Under the pieces are notes generated by a model. The model had not been told where the DNA came from. It saw nothing but the letters and a program-made list of their open reading frames with translations, and searched no databases. A program made the position numbers and the translations under genes. A stretch of DNA of 64,000 nucleotides from Phaeosaccion multiseriatum (taxonomy: Eukaryota; Protista; Ochrophyta, other classes): contig OZ218952.1 in the NCBI GenBank assembly GCA_965112735.1, positions 1,550,001 through 1,614,000 of the forward strand. The letters run 5' to 3'. Shown here one piece after another: positions 35,587 to 48,784 of the stretch (position 1 is its first letter; each line of letters begins with the position of its first letter).

Positions 35587-38500
35587 ATGTCTGTAGAGGG
35601 AGAGGCCGTCGGTATTGATTTGGGAACCACTTACTCCTGCGTCGGAGGTGAGGGCGGCAGAGACCTTGACTGGGCAGAGAAGGCCTGAAGTGGGCGGAGC
35701 CACTCCGCTCAATCCAGCACTTCTCTGTGAGGCTCGAGAGAACTGGGGGGGGGGGGAGGGAGGCTTTATCTTTCTCCTTGTTTGTTGGGGGTGGCGGTGT
35801 TTTTCATTGCTGTTGCTGTGTCGCTGCCGCTGCTGTGCTTGTGGTGGGGGGGGTGGAGTTATTTTTTGGGGCTGCCTCACAGCTCACCGGTCACATGGTC
35901 GGGGCGTTCTGCGGACAGGAGAGAGCTACACGCTATTTGCTGAGTGCTGTCTCCTTTTTGGCTTGCCCTTCAGTCTTCCACCTCCCACTCACCTTCTTGC
36001 CTTTGCTCTCTCCTTGTGTCTCTCTCTCTTGTGCTCGGTGCTCTCTCTCCTTAACTTACAGTGTGGCAGAATGACCGCGTTGAGATCATCGCCAACGACC
36101 AGGGAAACCGCACCACGCCCAGTTATGGTACGTTATGGTTGAACAATGGCCGTGTAGCAGCAGGCAGGGGTGGGTGTGGCAGGGAGGGAGAGAGCAATGA
36201 AAAGATATTTGAAAGGTGGTGAGAGGTGAAACTAACTAACTCTGCCGCCCCTGTGCCCCCCCCCCCTCCTGCTCCCCCACCATCCTATCAGTGGCATTCA
36301 CTGACACGGAGCGTCTCATTGGCGATGCTGCCAAGAACCAAGTGGCCATGAACGCCACCAACACCGTCTTCGACGCCAAGCGCCTCATCGGAAGGAAGTT
36401 CTCGGACCCTGCTGTGCAGAGCGACATGAAGCACTGGCCCTTCACCTGCATCAGCGGCCCCGCTGAGAAGCCCATGGTGAGCGTCGTCTTCAAGGGAGAG
36501 ACGAAGCAGTTCGCGGCCGAGGAGGTGTCCGCCATGGTGCTCACCAAGATGAAGGAGATTGCCGAGGCATACCTGGGCAAGGATGTGGTCAACGCGGTCA
36601 TCACCGTGCCGGCCTACTTCAACGACTCTCAGCGCCAGGCCACCAAGGACGCGGGAGCTATTGCCGGCCTCAACGTCATGCGTATTATCAACGAGCCCAC
36701 CGCCGCCGCCATTGCCTACGGCCTGGACAAGAAGGGCGCAGAGAAGAATGTGCTCATCTTCGATCTGGGAGGAGGAACTTTCGATGTGTCTCTGCTCACC
36801 ATCGAGGAGGGTATCTTCGAGGTGAAGGCAACAGGTGCGTCATGATGTTCACACACACACACACACACACACGACTTGTACCCACACACGCACACATGTT
36901 CTCATCCTTCCCCCTTCTCTTTCCTCCTTTCGTCTCTCCCGTCTCTCACAACAGCCGGAGACACCCACTTGGGAGGAGAGGACTTTGACAACCGCATGGT
37001 GGACCACTTCCTGCAGGAGTTCAAGCGCAAGTTCCGCAAGGACCTTCGCACCAACCAGCGCGCCCTTCGACGCCTCCGCACTGCTTGCGAGCGAGCGAAG
37101 CGAACCCTGTCCAGCTCCACCCAGGCGCACATTGAGATTGACTCTCTGTTCGAGGGCGTGGACTTCAACAGCACCATTACGCGTGCCCGATTCGAGGACA
37201 TGAACATGGACTACTTCCGAAAGTGCATGGAGCCCGTGGAGAAGGTGATGCGTGACGCCAAGCTCTCCAAGAGCAACGTGCACGAGGTGGTGCTGGTTGG
37301 GGGCTCCACGCGAATCCCCAAGATTCAGAGCATGCTCCAGGACTTCTTCAACGGTAAGGAGCCTTGCAAGTCCATCAACCCCGACGAGGCTGTGGCCTTT
37401 GGCGCCACCGTGCAGGCCGCCATTCTGTCCGGCCACGACAAGTCCGAGAAGCTGCAGGACCTCCTTCTGTTGGACGTTACGCCCCTGTCCATGGGACTCG
37501 AGACCGCGGGAGGCGTCATGACCACCCTCATCAAGAGGAACACCACCGTGCCCGCCAAGAAGACGCAGACCTTCTCCACCTACGCCGACAACCAGCCCGG
37601 TGTGCTCATCCAAGTCTTCGAGGGAGAGCGCTCCATGACCCGCGACAACAACCTGCTGGGCAAGTTCGAGCTGGCCGGCATCCCCCCCATGCCCCGCGGA
37701 CAGCCGCAGATTGATGTCACTTTCGACATTGACGCCAACGGCATTCTCAACGTGCACGCTGTGGAGAAGAGCACCGGAAAGGAGAACAAGGTGCGTGCAG
37801 GCAGGCATGAGGGGGGGGGGGGCACAAATTGGGTATATGCAGGGATACGGGCAGGGTTAGGTGGGATGAGGGTGGGCAACATGGGGATGGACATAGAAGC
37901 ACAGGCGCAACATCCCATCGAGTGAACTCACCTTTGCTTGAACCCTTTTTTCTTGTCCCCACAGATCACCATTACCAACGACAAGGGCAGGCTCTCGGCC
38001 GACGACATTGAGCGCATGGTGGAGGAGGCCGAGAGGTACAAGGCAGAAGACGAGCTCAACAAGAACGTAAGTGGAATCAGTGAGAGCTTCGATGGGAAGC
38101 AATCTCTTTACTCGCTTGTCGATTTTCATGACCTTTTTCACACCCACACACACACTTGCACACAGTAGTGTTTTTTGGTTTTGCATCCCTCTGTTCTCAT
38201 CATTTCCCCTTCGTCCTTCTCCCCCTCTCTCTCCAACAGCGTGTGGAGGCGAAGAACTCTCTCGAGAACTACGCCTACTCGATGCGCAACACCATGTCGG
38301 AGGAGAAGGTGGCGGAGAAGCTTGACGCCAGCGACAAGGAGACCGTCGAGGCGAAGATCAACGAGACCATCTCATGGCTGGACGGCAACCAGAGCGCCGA
38401 GAAGGAGGAGTACGAAGAGAAGCAGAAGGAGCTCGAGGCTGTCTGCAACCCCATCATGCAGAAGCTTGGTGGCGGCGGTGAGGGTATGCCACCTGGAGGA

Positions 38501-38614
38501 ATGCCCGGAGGAATGCCCGGAGGAATGCCGGACATGGGCGGCATGGGCGGCGCAGGCGGCGCACCCCCTGCTGCGGACCCCGACGCCGGGCCCAAGATCG
38601 AGGAGATCGACTAA
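35587..38614 (+). CDS. HSP70: Cytosolic heat shock protein 70; exons 35587-35647, 36062-36127, 36292-36834, 36955-37790, 37965-38066, 38240-38614
   Basis: [51 protein letters not shown] repeats and C-terminal GPKIEEID (cytosolic EEVD-type). Confidence 0.99.
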
Positions 38615-39367
38615 GCCCTTTCTCTTGCCATGGGGAGTCGTAGTTTTGGCTGGCAGGGAGCTCGGTCCTCTTCTCTGTGCATAACCTTGGGCACTAGGGA
38701 ATGATCTTAGCGACTAGCATATACAGCTTGTAAATCGTCACACTTGCACGAGAGTAATGACACACATTTTGACAAAACGAACAACCAAGGCTTCTCGGTT
38801 TCCCTGGGGCGGGGGGCTACAAATCTAACTAGAGGGGCTCAGCTGAGACTCTGCCTACTCATGTGCGAGTACGATCAGTGACCGATCACAAAACCCCTGA
38901 CTATAAGAGTAAAACCTGGGTGGACAGACAGCGCTTACCCCTCCCCCCTTTTTTTCTTCTTTAGCCACTACTGGTTTGGAGAAACCTGCCACCTTCAGAA
39001 GTCGGAAGTAAGTTAATGGGAGATTATTACGTACGCGACACTCAATCTTGACCCCTCCTTACCCCTCCTCTTCCCCTCCCTCCTGGGGCGCTTCAGCGCT
39101 CTGCCCGCTCGAGACTTGGCACCCGAGACTAGCGCCACGTCGTCGTTCTCCTCTTGCCCTCTATCTCCTTCGTCTTCTTGTTTGGCCTCTCCTTCGTCCA
39201 CCGGTACGCCTGTTCCCTCCTCCTCCTGCATCGCCTCCAGCGCCGACCGACTGTCTTCGCCTCCCTCTTTGCTCCTGACGCTCTCGGCCCCTCGTCCACT
39301 CCCCACCCCCGTCACATCTCCCTCCGTCCTCTCCACGTCTGCAGCGCGTGTGTGCAGGGCCTCTCGC

Positions 39368-42124
39368 TCACCAGCGCCCACCCCCCCCCCTTCCCCCCCT
39401 GGGGGATGGGGATGTCGCTGCGGCCTCCTCTGCCCCCTCTTCATACGCTGCCGTTGGGCTGACATCGCCCTCTCCTTGCCCTTCGTCCTCTGTTGCCTCA
39501 TCCTCTTCATCTGCAGACGCTGCTGGATCATGCCCCTTTTCTGCCGTCTCAGCGGGCTCTGGCGCCCCTATCCAATTTGCTGCTTGCGCATCTGTCTCGA
39601 CATACGACTTCACGTAGGCGAGAAGCTCTTGCTTCTTGATCGACTTGTCGGGGGCCTTCTTGCGCACTTCAGACGTGCTGGCTTGGACGTTGATGAAAGC
39701 CCAAAGACTCCCCTTCAAGAGAGTCTTCTTTTCCTTCGGGATGAACCCGAGAGTTCTCAGGACAGCCTCCGTCACACCTTCTTCGTCCTTCTTCTTCTTC
39801 TCCGCCGCTGCCTTTTCCTGCGCTGCCTCCTCCCTCTCTGCCATCTTGTCTCTCAGTAGAAGGACCCTCTCACCCGTGTTAAGGTCCTTACACGTCGACG
39901 TTGACTCCCCGATGGCGTTCAAGCGACGTGCTGCAGCGGAGCCCTGCTTGCGGTTCGCAACGGCGCTTTTGCGCCTTATCTGCGATAGTCTGTCCACAGA
40001 CTGTAAACGCTCATGAGAAAGGAGAAGGATGTGCTGCACAGCTGCCACATCGTCCGTCATGAGCAGCTCCTGTGCCTTCGCAACTCGCTCCGTCGCCTGC
40101 GCATGTGTAAGGTCCAGCAGGGGGTTTTTGACCACGTCGGCTGCGAAGGACGAAGAGCCCACTCGCTGAAGCATGTTCGCGTCGAAAGCCTTTGTCATCT
40201 CCTGCAACTGCGATGCCTTGGCGTCTCCACTGGCCCGTGTGACGTCAGCAAAGGCCTTGCTGATGGACCCTTCAGCAGGGGCCCTTCCGCTGGTGAAGTC
40301 GGCGAAAGACATGGGCGGGTAAAAGCCTGTCGCCTTGAATCCGGACTTGATGGTTTCCGACTTGTGACTCTCCCCTTGAGCCTGGGAGGCCAGAACAAGA
40401 AGCTCCTACCGGCTCATGTTCTCTCTGTTGAAGAGTCGCTGCCAGGCCGAGAGACCGCTCCTCAGAGCGGACTTGAAAGGGCGAAAGACTTTGACGTCCA
40501 GAGGTTGGAACTCCCCCGATGTGTGCGCGGGCATGCATGCGCAGATGATGCCGGCTTCGCGCATAGCGTGAAGAGCATCCGAGGTCATCGTGTGCGAACC
40601 TTAGCCATCCATCAGGAGCAAAATCGGCATATCTCGCCCCGCCTGCTCTTGCATGCGGGCTCGCTTCTGCTTGATGAAGAACGGCACGACTGCATTTGTC
40701 CAGAGCTCGTCGGTGACGTATCCGTTCTCCGTGTAATGGATCTCTGCTGTGGCGGGCAAGGACTGCTCCAAGTCAGAGCCAGGTGATGCGTCCGCATTGG
40801 CAATGTGTGCCTGCCTCCGTGCTCCAGCAATGACGAAGAACGGGCTCATGCATCCACCAGCGGCATCGACAGCACCGACAAGAGTGACGTGACTTGATCG
40901 CTCCTGAGCTGTCATTGACACATGGTCGCGCCCCTTTTGGGCAACAACGTTCACGACACCGTTTTGTGTATTCATGCCTGTCTCATCGCTGTTCCAGAGC
41001 TGCACCGGTTGGAGGTCCTCCACCTCACACCCAGATGCCACAGCCAGCTTTGCCAACATACTGAGAAGGGGAGGGGAAGGAAGGGGAGACAAGCAAGCGA
41101 GGCAGAGAATAATTATTATCGTGGTGATACGGTGGACAATGGGAAAGGATGGATGAAGTCATTTGGTGGGGGAGAGTACAGGCCTTTCTCTCTCTCTCTG
41201 CCCTCTTCCCTCTCCATCTTCATCTCCATCTTCATCTCCCCCGCCCCTCCCGTCTCCCTCCGACCTCTCTCCCTCACACTCTCTCTCCCTCCTTCCCCCT
41301 CTTCCTCGCCCTCGCCCCCCTCACTATCCCTCTCACTATGCCCTCTCCCTGTCGCACGCGCCTCTCCTCTGTCCTGTCCCTACCCCCACCCCCCTCTCCA
41401 GTCACTTTGGGGGCCGCGGGGGGGCGGGGCGCAATCCTGCCCTCCACGAATGTGCACGAATGTGGACTCACCTGGGTAGGAACTCGTCTAGATACTCCTT
41501 CCTTGTCTCGTCGTTGCAGCCCCGCGCCCTCGTGAAGCAAGCTCAAGGGGCCGGGCTCGCCGCGTCACTAAACTTGGGTGGCGGCGCTTGAAGCAAGCCC
41601 TGCAGCCAGCCTCCTGATGCCACGAATGAAGCAACTCCCAATGCATGGGCCATACCCCTGGCCAGGGTGGCTACATGGTTCCAGTCAACCCCAAAGCCGC
41701 TGTCTGCCATGTCCACAAGAAAGCTCCCCAGTGCCGCTTCGGTTGAGGCAGGCAAGGCTTGATTGCCCTTCCCACCAACAGCCACAGAAGCAACCCGTCC
41801 CTTGCACCTATACTCCAGAGCAGTCTTGGTGATTCCATACTGCTGCGCCGCCTTCCTAAGGCTGAAGTTATCATTCTTCACAGCAGATACAGCAGCTTTG
41901 TCCATGTGTTCCTTCTCTGTCGACCCCTCGACATCGTATCGCCGTCTACATTGTGGTTGCTGTCCCGCTGATGCAGCCACTGTTGATGGAGGGGATGGCC
42001 CGCTGGCGAGCCTCCGCGCCAAAGCTTGCCGTGCTGTCTTCGACAGCGGCCTCCCCTTTGCATCCTTCACACTCCGAAGGTCAATGGCCGTTGCTGAAGT
42101 CGCGAGCGCAGGTGGCTGTGACAC
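39368..42124 (-). pseudogene. Degenerate pogo/Fot1-like (Tc1-mariner superfamily) transposase: HTH_psq + CENP-B HTH + DDE_1, with an intron, frameshifts and premature stops
   Basis: SLRKAAQQYGITKTAL (HTH_psq); EAALGSFLVDMADSGFG...ASGGWLQG/FKRRHP (CENP-B HTH, frameshifted); LWNSDETG, SPFFVI, TENGY; LLMDG*GSH (TAA at 40601-40603); MPAHTSGEFQPLDVKVFRPFK; a second stop follows NMSR. GT-AG intron at ~41471-41062. Confidence 0.88.
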
Positions 42125-43600
42125 ACGTGTCGAAGAGTTTACCTCTCGGGGTTTGGTGCCACCCGTCAGGAGATTCCTCCATGCTGCTGCTGCTCTCGTG
42201 CCTTCGCAGCAGCATCCTCCTCATCCTCGTCCTCGTCGCTGCTGCAGCTGCTGCTGCTGCTGATGCTGCTAATGCTGCTGCTGCCGCCGCTAATGCTTCT
42301 GAAGCTGCTGGTGCTCGTGGTTGTGGTGGTGGCACTCGTTCCTGCCTCGACGGCTCCCTGTGTTGCACGTGAGAGTGGTCCCTTCTGCTGCCCTCCATCA
42401 AATGTCGTGGCTCTGCCCCTCTCCTCAGGGTGGCCGTCATCTCCACTACCACCAGGCTCGACGTCAGAGGTCTCTCTCTCTCTCAATCATCAGTAGACAT
42501 GTGCATCTCAGTCTCCCTTTCTTTCAGTCTCCTGAATGTCTTGTGGTCGCAATTCGTCGCCTGCTGGAAGGCATTCCACGTCATCGATGGCAGGTCCTTC
42601 CCAATGCTCTCAAGGATGGATTCATCAGATAGCCCCTTCACGTTAAGCCTGCCATGACAAGACGAAGAACAAGCAAGGATGAGACCATGAAATTCGGAAG
42701 GGTCTGCTCCAAAGGTCGTTCCCAAGCTTCACATGTTGCTGTGGCTCACCTGGGTGTCTCTCCCCTCAGCTCGGCCAAGAAAGCCTTCAGTCCTTCCTTG
42801 CTGGTAGCAGCTGTACCACTCACACCTTTGAATAGCTTCTGGACATCGTTGTAGGTAAGTTCCTTCACGTCGTGGTGAACATCCTTCAGGAATGAGAGAT
42901 AACCTGGGCGGGTCTTCATTTTTTCTCCCTTCTTTGGGTCCCTCACGTGGCAAACCAAGGCTCTTTTGAACTCCAAGAAGGAAACCACTCCCACAGCCAT
43001 CATCTTGTCCGGTCATTTCAATGGGGGCGACGCTGCAGCCGGAACAGCAGCGGCAGCAGAGGCCATAAGCAGGCGTGCAGGAGGAGAGGTTTGAAATCTG
43101 GGGAGCATGTTACTTTTAGTACCTTACGTAAGTACGTCACGTAAGGGAATTTGGGTGTCTGTCCGCTGGGGAAATTGGCCCCGCCTCGCCCCCCCCCCTT
43201 TTTTTTCCCTTTCCTTGGTGCGTGTGACTTTCTGCTCAGCGTCCAGAGTAGCCATAGGTAAGGGAGGCACAATAAAGCCATCAGAACCTAAACAACCTGT
43301 ACCCTTCAGAGTTAGCGGCAAAACCGATTCCCTATCCAGCCCACGTATTACTCTTCTCTCTGTTTCTTTGCTGTAGCCAAGAGGTACTAATTGAGGATGA
43401 AAGAGGGACGTGGAAGGTAAATTTCATTAGTAAGAATATTCTTCGCTATTATCTAGCCCGCGGGAGGGCACACCACACACACACACACACAGGCACATGC
43501 CTCTTGCGCTCCGAAAGGAAGCGCTGAAGCGGTGTAACGTTCGCGCAGTAGCTTGCCCTCACATGGAGGTCAAAATTTGAGAATTGTGAGAAGAGATTCC

Positions 43601-43818
43601 TCACTTGCGGAACATCATCAGGGCGAAGAGGAGGGCAGGCATAAAGGCCAAGCCGTGGGTCAAGCCCGCCGAGCCCGGAGCTCCGTTGTCAAGCTCACGG
43701 ACGGTCCCTTCGCAGTTGGAAATGTCGGCCTCCTCCGAACCCGAACAGATGTTGTTAATTGTGCACTAATGGGGGGGGGGGGGGGGGGGGGGGGGGGTGT
43801 AAGGAAGGAGGGGCGTAT

Positions 43819-43856
<38 letters not shown>

Positions 43857-45088
43857 CTACCTGGTACACGGCCTTGACGAGGTCGTTGCTGCGGCAGTCT
43901 CCCTGCACGTTGCCGTACAGTTCCGAGCAGACCATGTCCGCGCTGTGGTGATTGCAGTGAGGGTGGGAGGGTGGGGGTGAGGAAGTGGCGGGTATTCGAG
44001 AGAGAAATGTGAGGGAGCGGTGGAAAAAATAACAAGCCGTACCCCAAACTCGGCGAGCATCTCCAGCAGCTCCCTCGCCTCCTGCTCCCTCCCAGTCTCT
44101 CTTAAACACGCAAAAATCCCTCTCTTCTCACTCTCTCCCTCAAGCACGTCCACCTCCGCCTCCTTTCGTACCTGGCACAAACCTCCCCAAGGTCCAATGC
44201 GGACAGGAGGGGGAAGTCCGCCAAGCAATCCGAGCAGGTAGCATCGTCGAAGCACATGGGTGCGGCGTCGGCGCAGGCGCTCTCCAGAGTGGGGAAGGGT
44301 GTGGGAGCGGCGACGGGGGGGGGCGTTGCGCCGGGGGGAGACTCGCCCTCCACGCAGAGACTGAGATCAATGTCTGTGCCCAGGCAGCCCTCGTTGACCA
44401 CGCAGCTGTAGTACTCGATCCATGCGCCTCCCGTAGTGTCGCAGTTGTTTTCCACGGCGGCGGCGCCAAAGAGAGAGGGCCCGTACACGGTGCAGATGTC
44501 GGACCTGTCGGTCGTTTGGGGGGGTGAATAAATTAGGTGGGGAGAGCAAGAGGGCGCGGAAGAGAGGAAGGGAGGGAGGGAGGGAGAGAGGGAAAGGGAG
44601 GCATGGAAAAAGAGGGGAGGGGGGGAGGAGGTGAGGAAGTTGGCGTTGGGGGGACGGAACAGTCCTCTCCTCCCGTCTCACAAGGAGGGAAAGATCCATC
44701 AGTTGTTCCCGAACAAGCCGTAAGATAGGCGAGTCGCAGCGAGTCGCACACGCGCATCGCGGGTGGGGCAAGGAGGAGCAAAGGAGGAGCCAAGGCGCGG
44801 AGAGGCTACGTATGCGTGGAGTTGAAAGCCGGAGGGCGCTAACGGACGAAGGCAAAGGTTCAGGCAGGGGGGCCTGAGTACGTGTTCTCACATGCTGTCG
44901 CATCCCCCGACATCGAAGTCCGCAGACAGCCCCAGCTCAATGTAGTCGAACTGCTCGCTGCTCAGGTCCTCGTCGAAGTTGCCCTGGGTCTCGTCGAAGC
45001 ACCTTGCGCATGCCGGGACCACGGTGCAGGCGAAGCGCTCCGCGGAGCACTGGGCTCCGGCCTGAAGTTCACGTCGGTGAGGATCCAT
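43601..45088 (-). CDS. Cys-rich putative GPI-anchored cell-surface protein with two tandem Cys modules; 4 visible exons, true N-terminus uncertain
   Basis: Spliced: QCSAERFACTVVPACARCFD...GCDSMSDICTVYG...NCD...YYSCVVNEGCLG...LCVEG, a Pro/Thr linker, then ACADAAPMCFDDATCSDCLAD...VCSELYG...DC...YQCTINNICSG...NCEGTVRELDNGAPGSAGLTHGLAFMPALLFALMMFRK*. Confidence 0.7.
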
Positions 45089-46304
45089 TTTGCGGCTGGT
45101 GAAGGGAGGTCAGTGCTACGGCAGAGAAAGGAGTGCTGTTGATGCTGTTTTTCTTGTCTTGTTCCTAGAGAGAAGACGTGCTGGTTTGTTTTTGCTGATG
45201 ATGAGCTGCGTGTTTGAGAGAACAAAAATGATGGATTCTCACAGAAAGTTTCGAGACTCGAATTGTTATCACGAGTGCGATTTCCGTAAAACTCTTCCCA
45301 ACTTCGGAGACCGTTCTCTCCTTTAGGGTATACACAAGTATACACTCAGAAAGAGAAAACACTCCACTGCGGGGCACGTCAAGCAGTCGGTGTATCATGC
45401 AAGAGAGGGAATGAAGTTTGGCTGGGGATGATGCCATTCCAGTTTCAGGTTTCCCAAAAAAAAGGGGAAGGGAGGGAGGGGGGTTAGCGGCTTACTGTAG
45501 GCCTATTTGGGAAAATTGCCCGGCCTAGCGAGGGCCGTAGGCCCTCGGCCTATTTATATGCCGCCGCCTAGGCGGCCTAGGCGGGGCGGAGGCCCGCGCG
45601 GCCTAGGGCAGACGCCAGCCAACTCTAGGCGGACGGTGGGAGTGCCCGGAGTGCCCAGAGTGCAAAGAGTAGTCAGTTTCATTGCATGGGATTGGAAGTG
45701 AGGAGTAGACTTGGTTCGTGTTGTCTCTTCCGCCTCGCTGGCCCTACGAGGAGTGCAGACCTACAGGTGTGCTGCTACCCACTGGCTGGGCGGCACCACG
45801 CACGCGCCCACGGCCACTGGGAGGCTGCCTAGAGGCGGGCTATATCGGGCTATATAGGCCGCCTAGGACTGAAAAGTGAGCGGCCTAGAGCAGAACCGCT
45901 AGGCGTGCATGGGGCCGAGTGAGTTGTGCCATGAGCATACCCCTTTCTCCACCGCTGCCAGCTGGCATGATATCTGATAGTCAGCCGTGCACCACCCCAG
46001 AGGCGTTCGTGGCCTCCTCGTCTCCTCAAGCTTGTCAAGCGGCTCAGCAGCGGCTCGGCTCAATGAATGACAATCTTCAATCTTGGAAGTAGTATCTCAA
46101 AAAGTTGGAATCCGTTCCGTAGACATTTGGAGAGACGCCTTTGCATTGTACTCTTTTTCTTCTCTAAATACGGTTCTCTCCTCTTGCTCTCAGTACCATG
46201 TAGCGAGAGGAGCGAGAGAGCATCTGTAAAGAAGGTTAACATTTCTAACAACCACCGAGGAGCCGGGGTTTGCTTCAAACCCCCCCTTCCCATCTCTCGC
46301 CCAA

Positions 46305-48384
46305 CTACGCAGACAAAGGCGCCCTTGCTGTTGTTGTAGGGTACTGCTCCTGCAGAATCTCGTCCACCGTAACGGGTCTGTTCTCCTTCACTGACTTCTG
46401 GCAAGCAAGTGCGATAAGGATGCAAATGCGGCCGTCCTCCGCGTAGGCGGGCTTGAGCTTGGCGAGCATCTCCTTGTCGTCGGGGGTGGCCACCACTTGC
46501 ACAAAGGCGGCCATGGCATTCACGTAGGCATTGGCGTACCTGCACAGAGGGAAGGCAAGAGGGGGGAGATTGTGAGATTGACATTGGGAAGCAAGGGGGG
46601 CACAAGATACACTACGAAACAGAGCCGTTTGCTGCCATCTCGGACGCTGAAGTAGCGCGCGAGTCCTGCCATCTGCAACGTGCAAGCAACACTCCTACCA
46701 CTCTCTTCTCTTTCCCTCCGGCCCACCTGTCCAGGAAGAAGTGGTAGGGCAGCGGCGCCGATGTCCCGCTCTTGGTGGAGGTGGTGATGGAAGAGGGACT
46801 CCTGTTAAGCCCGTCCACCGTGCCCTCACTGCCAAACACCTCCACGCGTTGGTCGTACCCGAAGGCGCACTTCCTGCTGTTGGTGATGGTGCCGAACACC
46901 CCGTTGGAGAATTTGACCATGGTGGTGGTCGTGTCAAAGTCCTCGGCCTCCTTGGCTGTGTGTGTGAGAGAGAGAGAGAGCACAGGGACGAGAGGTGGGA
47001 GGCAGGAGGGTCGGCGGGGGAGGTACAAATACAGGGGGGGGGGGGGGGGGACAACGTGAGGAGGGAGCAGGGGTTGTTGGCGGGGAGAGAAACTGACAGA
47101 AGGGAAAAGGTGTGGGGTGAGTTGACGTACCTTCGGGGTCGAAGGCCATGGCGTTCACGTACACCTCGGTGATCTCCGCTCCGTCTCCGGCGAGGAATCG
47201 AGCCATGTCGAAGTCGTGACTACGGTGGGAAGGATTACGGACAGTGGCGATAGCGTTGCAATTCTAGTTAGGAGAGAGAGCAAGAAGAGAGAAAAAAGAA
47301 TTGGACAGACGGCAAAGTCACAGCACCCGCCAGCCAGCCAAGCAGCCCACAACACGAACGACCCTTTCAGCACGCACACTTTCATCCATCCACCCGCTTA
47401 AGACCACCTACCGACCCACCCTCTTTGAGCCCATCCACCCACTCACCTGATCATGTCGTTGAAGATGCCTCCGCTGTTCTTGAGGTAGGCAACGGGTGGC
47501 GGCGCGGGGTCCCTGGAAGTGATGTGGAAGGTACGCACGTCACCAATGGCGCCGTTTGCGATTTGCTCTCGGACGGCCTTGAAGTTGTCGTCGTATCTCC
47601 GTTGAAAGCCGAGGAAGAAGGTCACGCCGGACTCGTCCACCTTCTGCATTGTGTCGTCAATCACCTTGAGGTCGAAGCTGATGGGCTGAGGACGGAAGGA
47701 GGAAGGGAGGGAGAAGGGGAGCGAGAGGGCCGGGGTTAGTCACGGGTGTGTGTTGGACAATTGTCGGACACATAACCATAAACAGAGCCATTCCCATCCA
47801 TATCTATATATTGGCCGCTCTCTCACCTTTTCGCAGTAAATGTGCTTCTTCAGCCTCACACACTCGTTAATCTGCTCCGCGTGGAAGGGCGTGGGGGAGC
47901 CAATGACCACGGCCTCCACTTCTGGGTCGTTGACCATCTCCTTCCAGTCCTTGTAGAACTTGGCGTTGCCTCCCGTGCTGGCCACCACCCTTGCCCCTGC
48001 CTCCTCAAAGATGTCGGACACCGCGATGAGCTTGGCGCCCGGGGTTCGGAAGGCGAGGGTTGAGGCATGGATCTGCCGAGGAGGAGGGGGATGGGCTCAA
48101 TTCAGCTGCAATGCGAGGCCCACGGCGGATTGTTGCAAATTCTTGTTTTTTCTTTTCTTTCTTTCTTCCCTCCTTCCCCTCCACCCACTACTTACGTCTC
48201 CGATTCGCCCACAACCGATCACGCCCACGCCCAGGCCGTCCGCCCCCATCCGTAAGCACGACTCCGGCCTACTTCGGCTGCCAAAGGAGCTCGAACCGTG
48301 AATCGGGAGCGTTGTCGATGGCACAAAGGCCGCTGCTGGACCCAGAGCGCAGGCCAGGCCCACGATCACAGATACGGACTGCAT
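46305..48384 (-). CDS. iolG: myo-inositol 2-dehydrogenase (Gfo/Idh/MocA, IolG-like) with a predicted bipartite plastid presequence; 6 exons
   Basis: MQSVSVIVGLACALGPAAA-FVP presequence; GVGVIGCGRIG (Rossmann fold), IYCEKP, GFQRRYD, ITSRDPAPPP, SGGIFNDMISHDFDMARF, NSRKCAFGYDQRVEVFGSEG, FFLDRYANAY. Confidence 0.92.
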
Positions 48385-48784
48385 TTTTCTCCGCTTTAGC
48401 ACCCAATCTGGAAGATAAGGGTCGCTTGCTACGGGCCTATCAGGTGCTGCTGGTGGGCCCTTGATGTGCTTGTGCTCGGCTTTAGGTGAAAGATTGTGGA
48501 GGAAAGGGAGAGAACATCGCCTTGGAGTACCAACACTTTCACAATTGGATATTACGTCACAGCCGAGCGGTTGAGAGGCAACAAGGCAACTAAAAAAAAA
48601 AAGAAAGCACCCTCCCAAGAAGCAGGCTGGCCGCACAGCCTCAAAACGGATCCAAACCATCAGAATATTATTGGGTGACAACCATTCAAAGGAGCTGAGG
48701 TAACCACCCTCATAAGTAGACAACAAGGACTGAGATTAGGGAGTGGTGTAGAGACAAAGAGGGCAACGAAAAGGAGGAAGAAAA
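48385..48784. promoter_or_regulatory. 400-bp divergent (bidirectional) promoter region between iolG and nirBD
   Basis: Head-to-head ATGs at 48384 (-) and 48785 (+). Confidence 0.6.

Noticed and set aside
36849-37808. 319-aa ORF antisense to HSP70
   Set aside because: The well-known HSP70 antisense open frame, a codon-bias artefact.
38780-43460. Terminal inverted repeats for the pogo-like element
   Set aside because: Only short scattered matches (e.g. GGACAGACA); no convincing TIR with a TA TSD found by eye.
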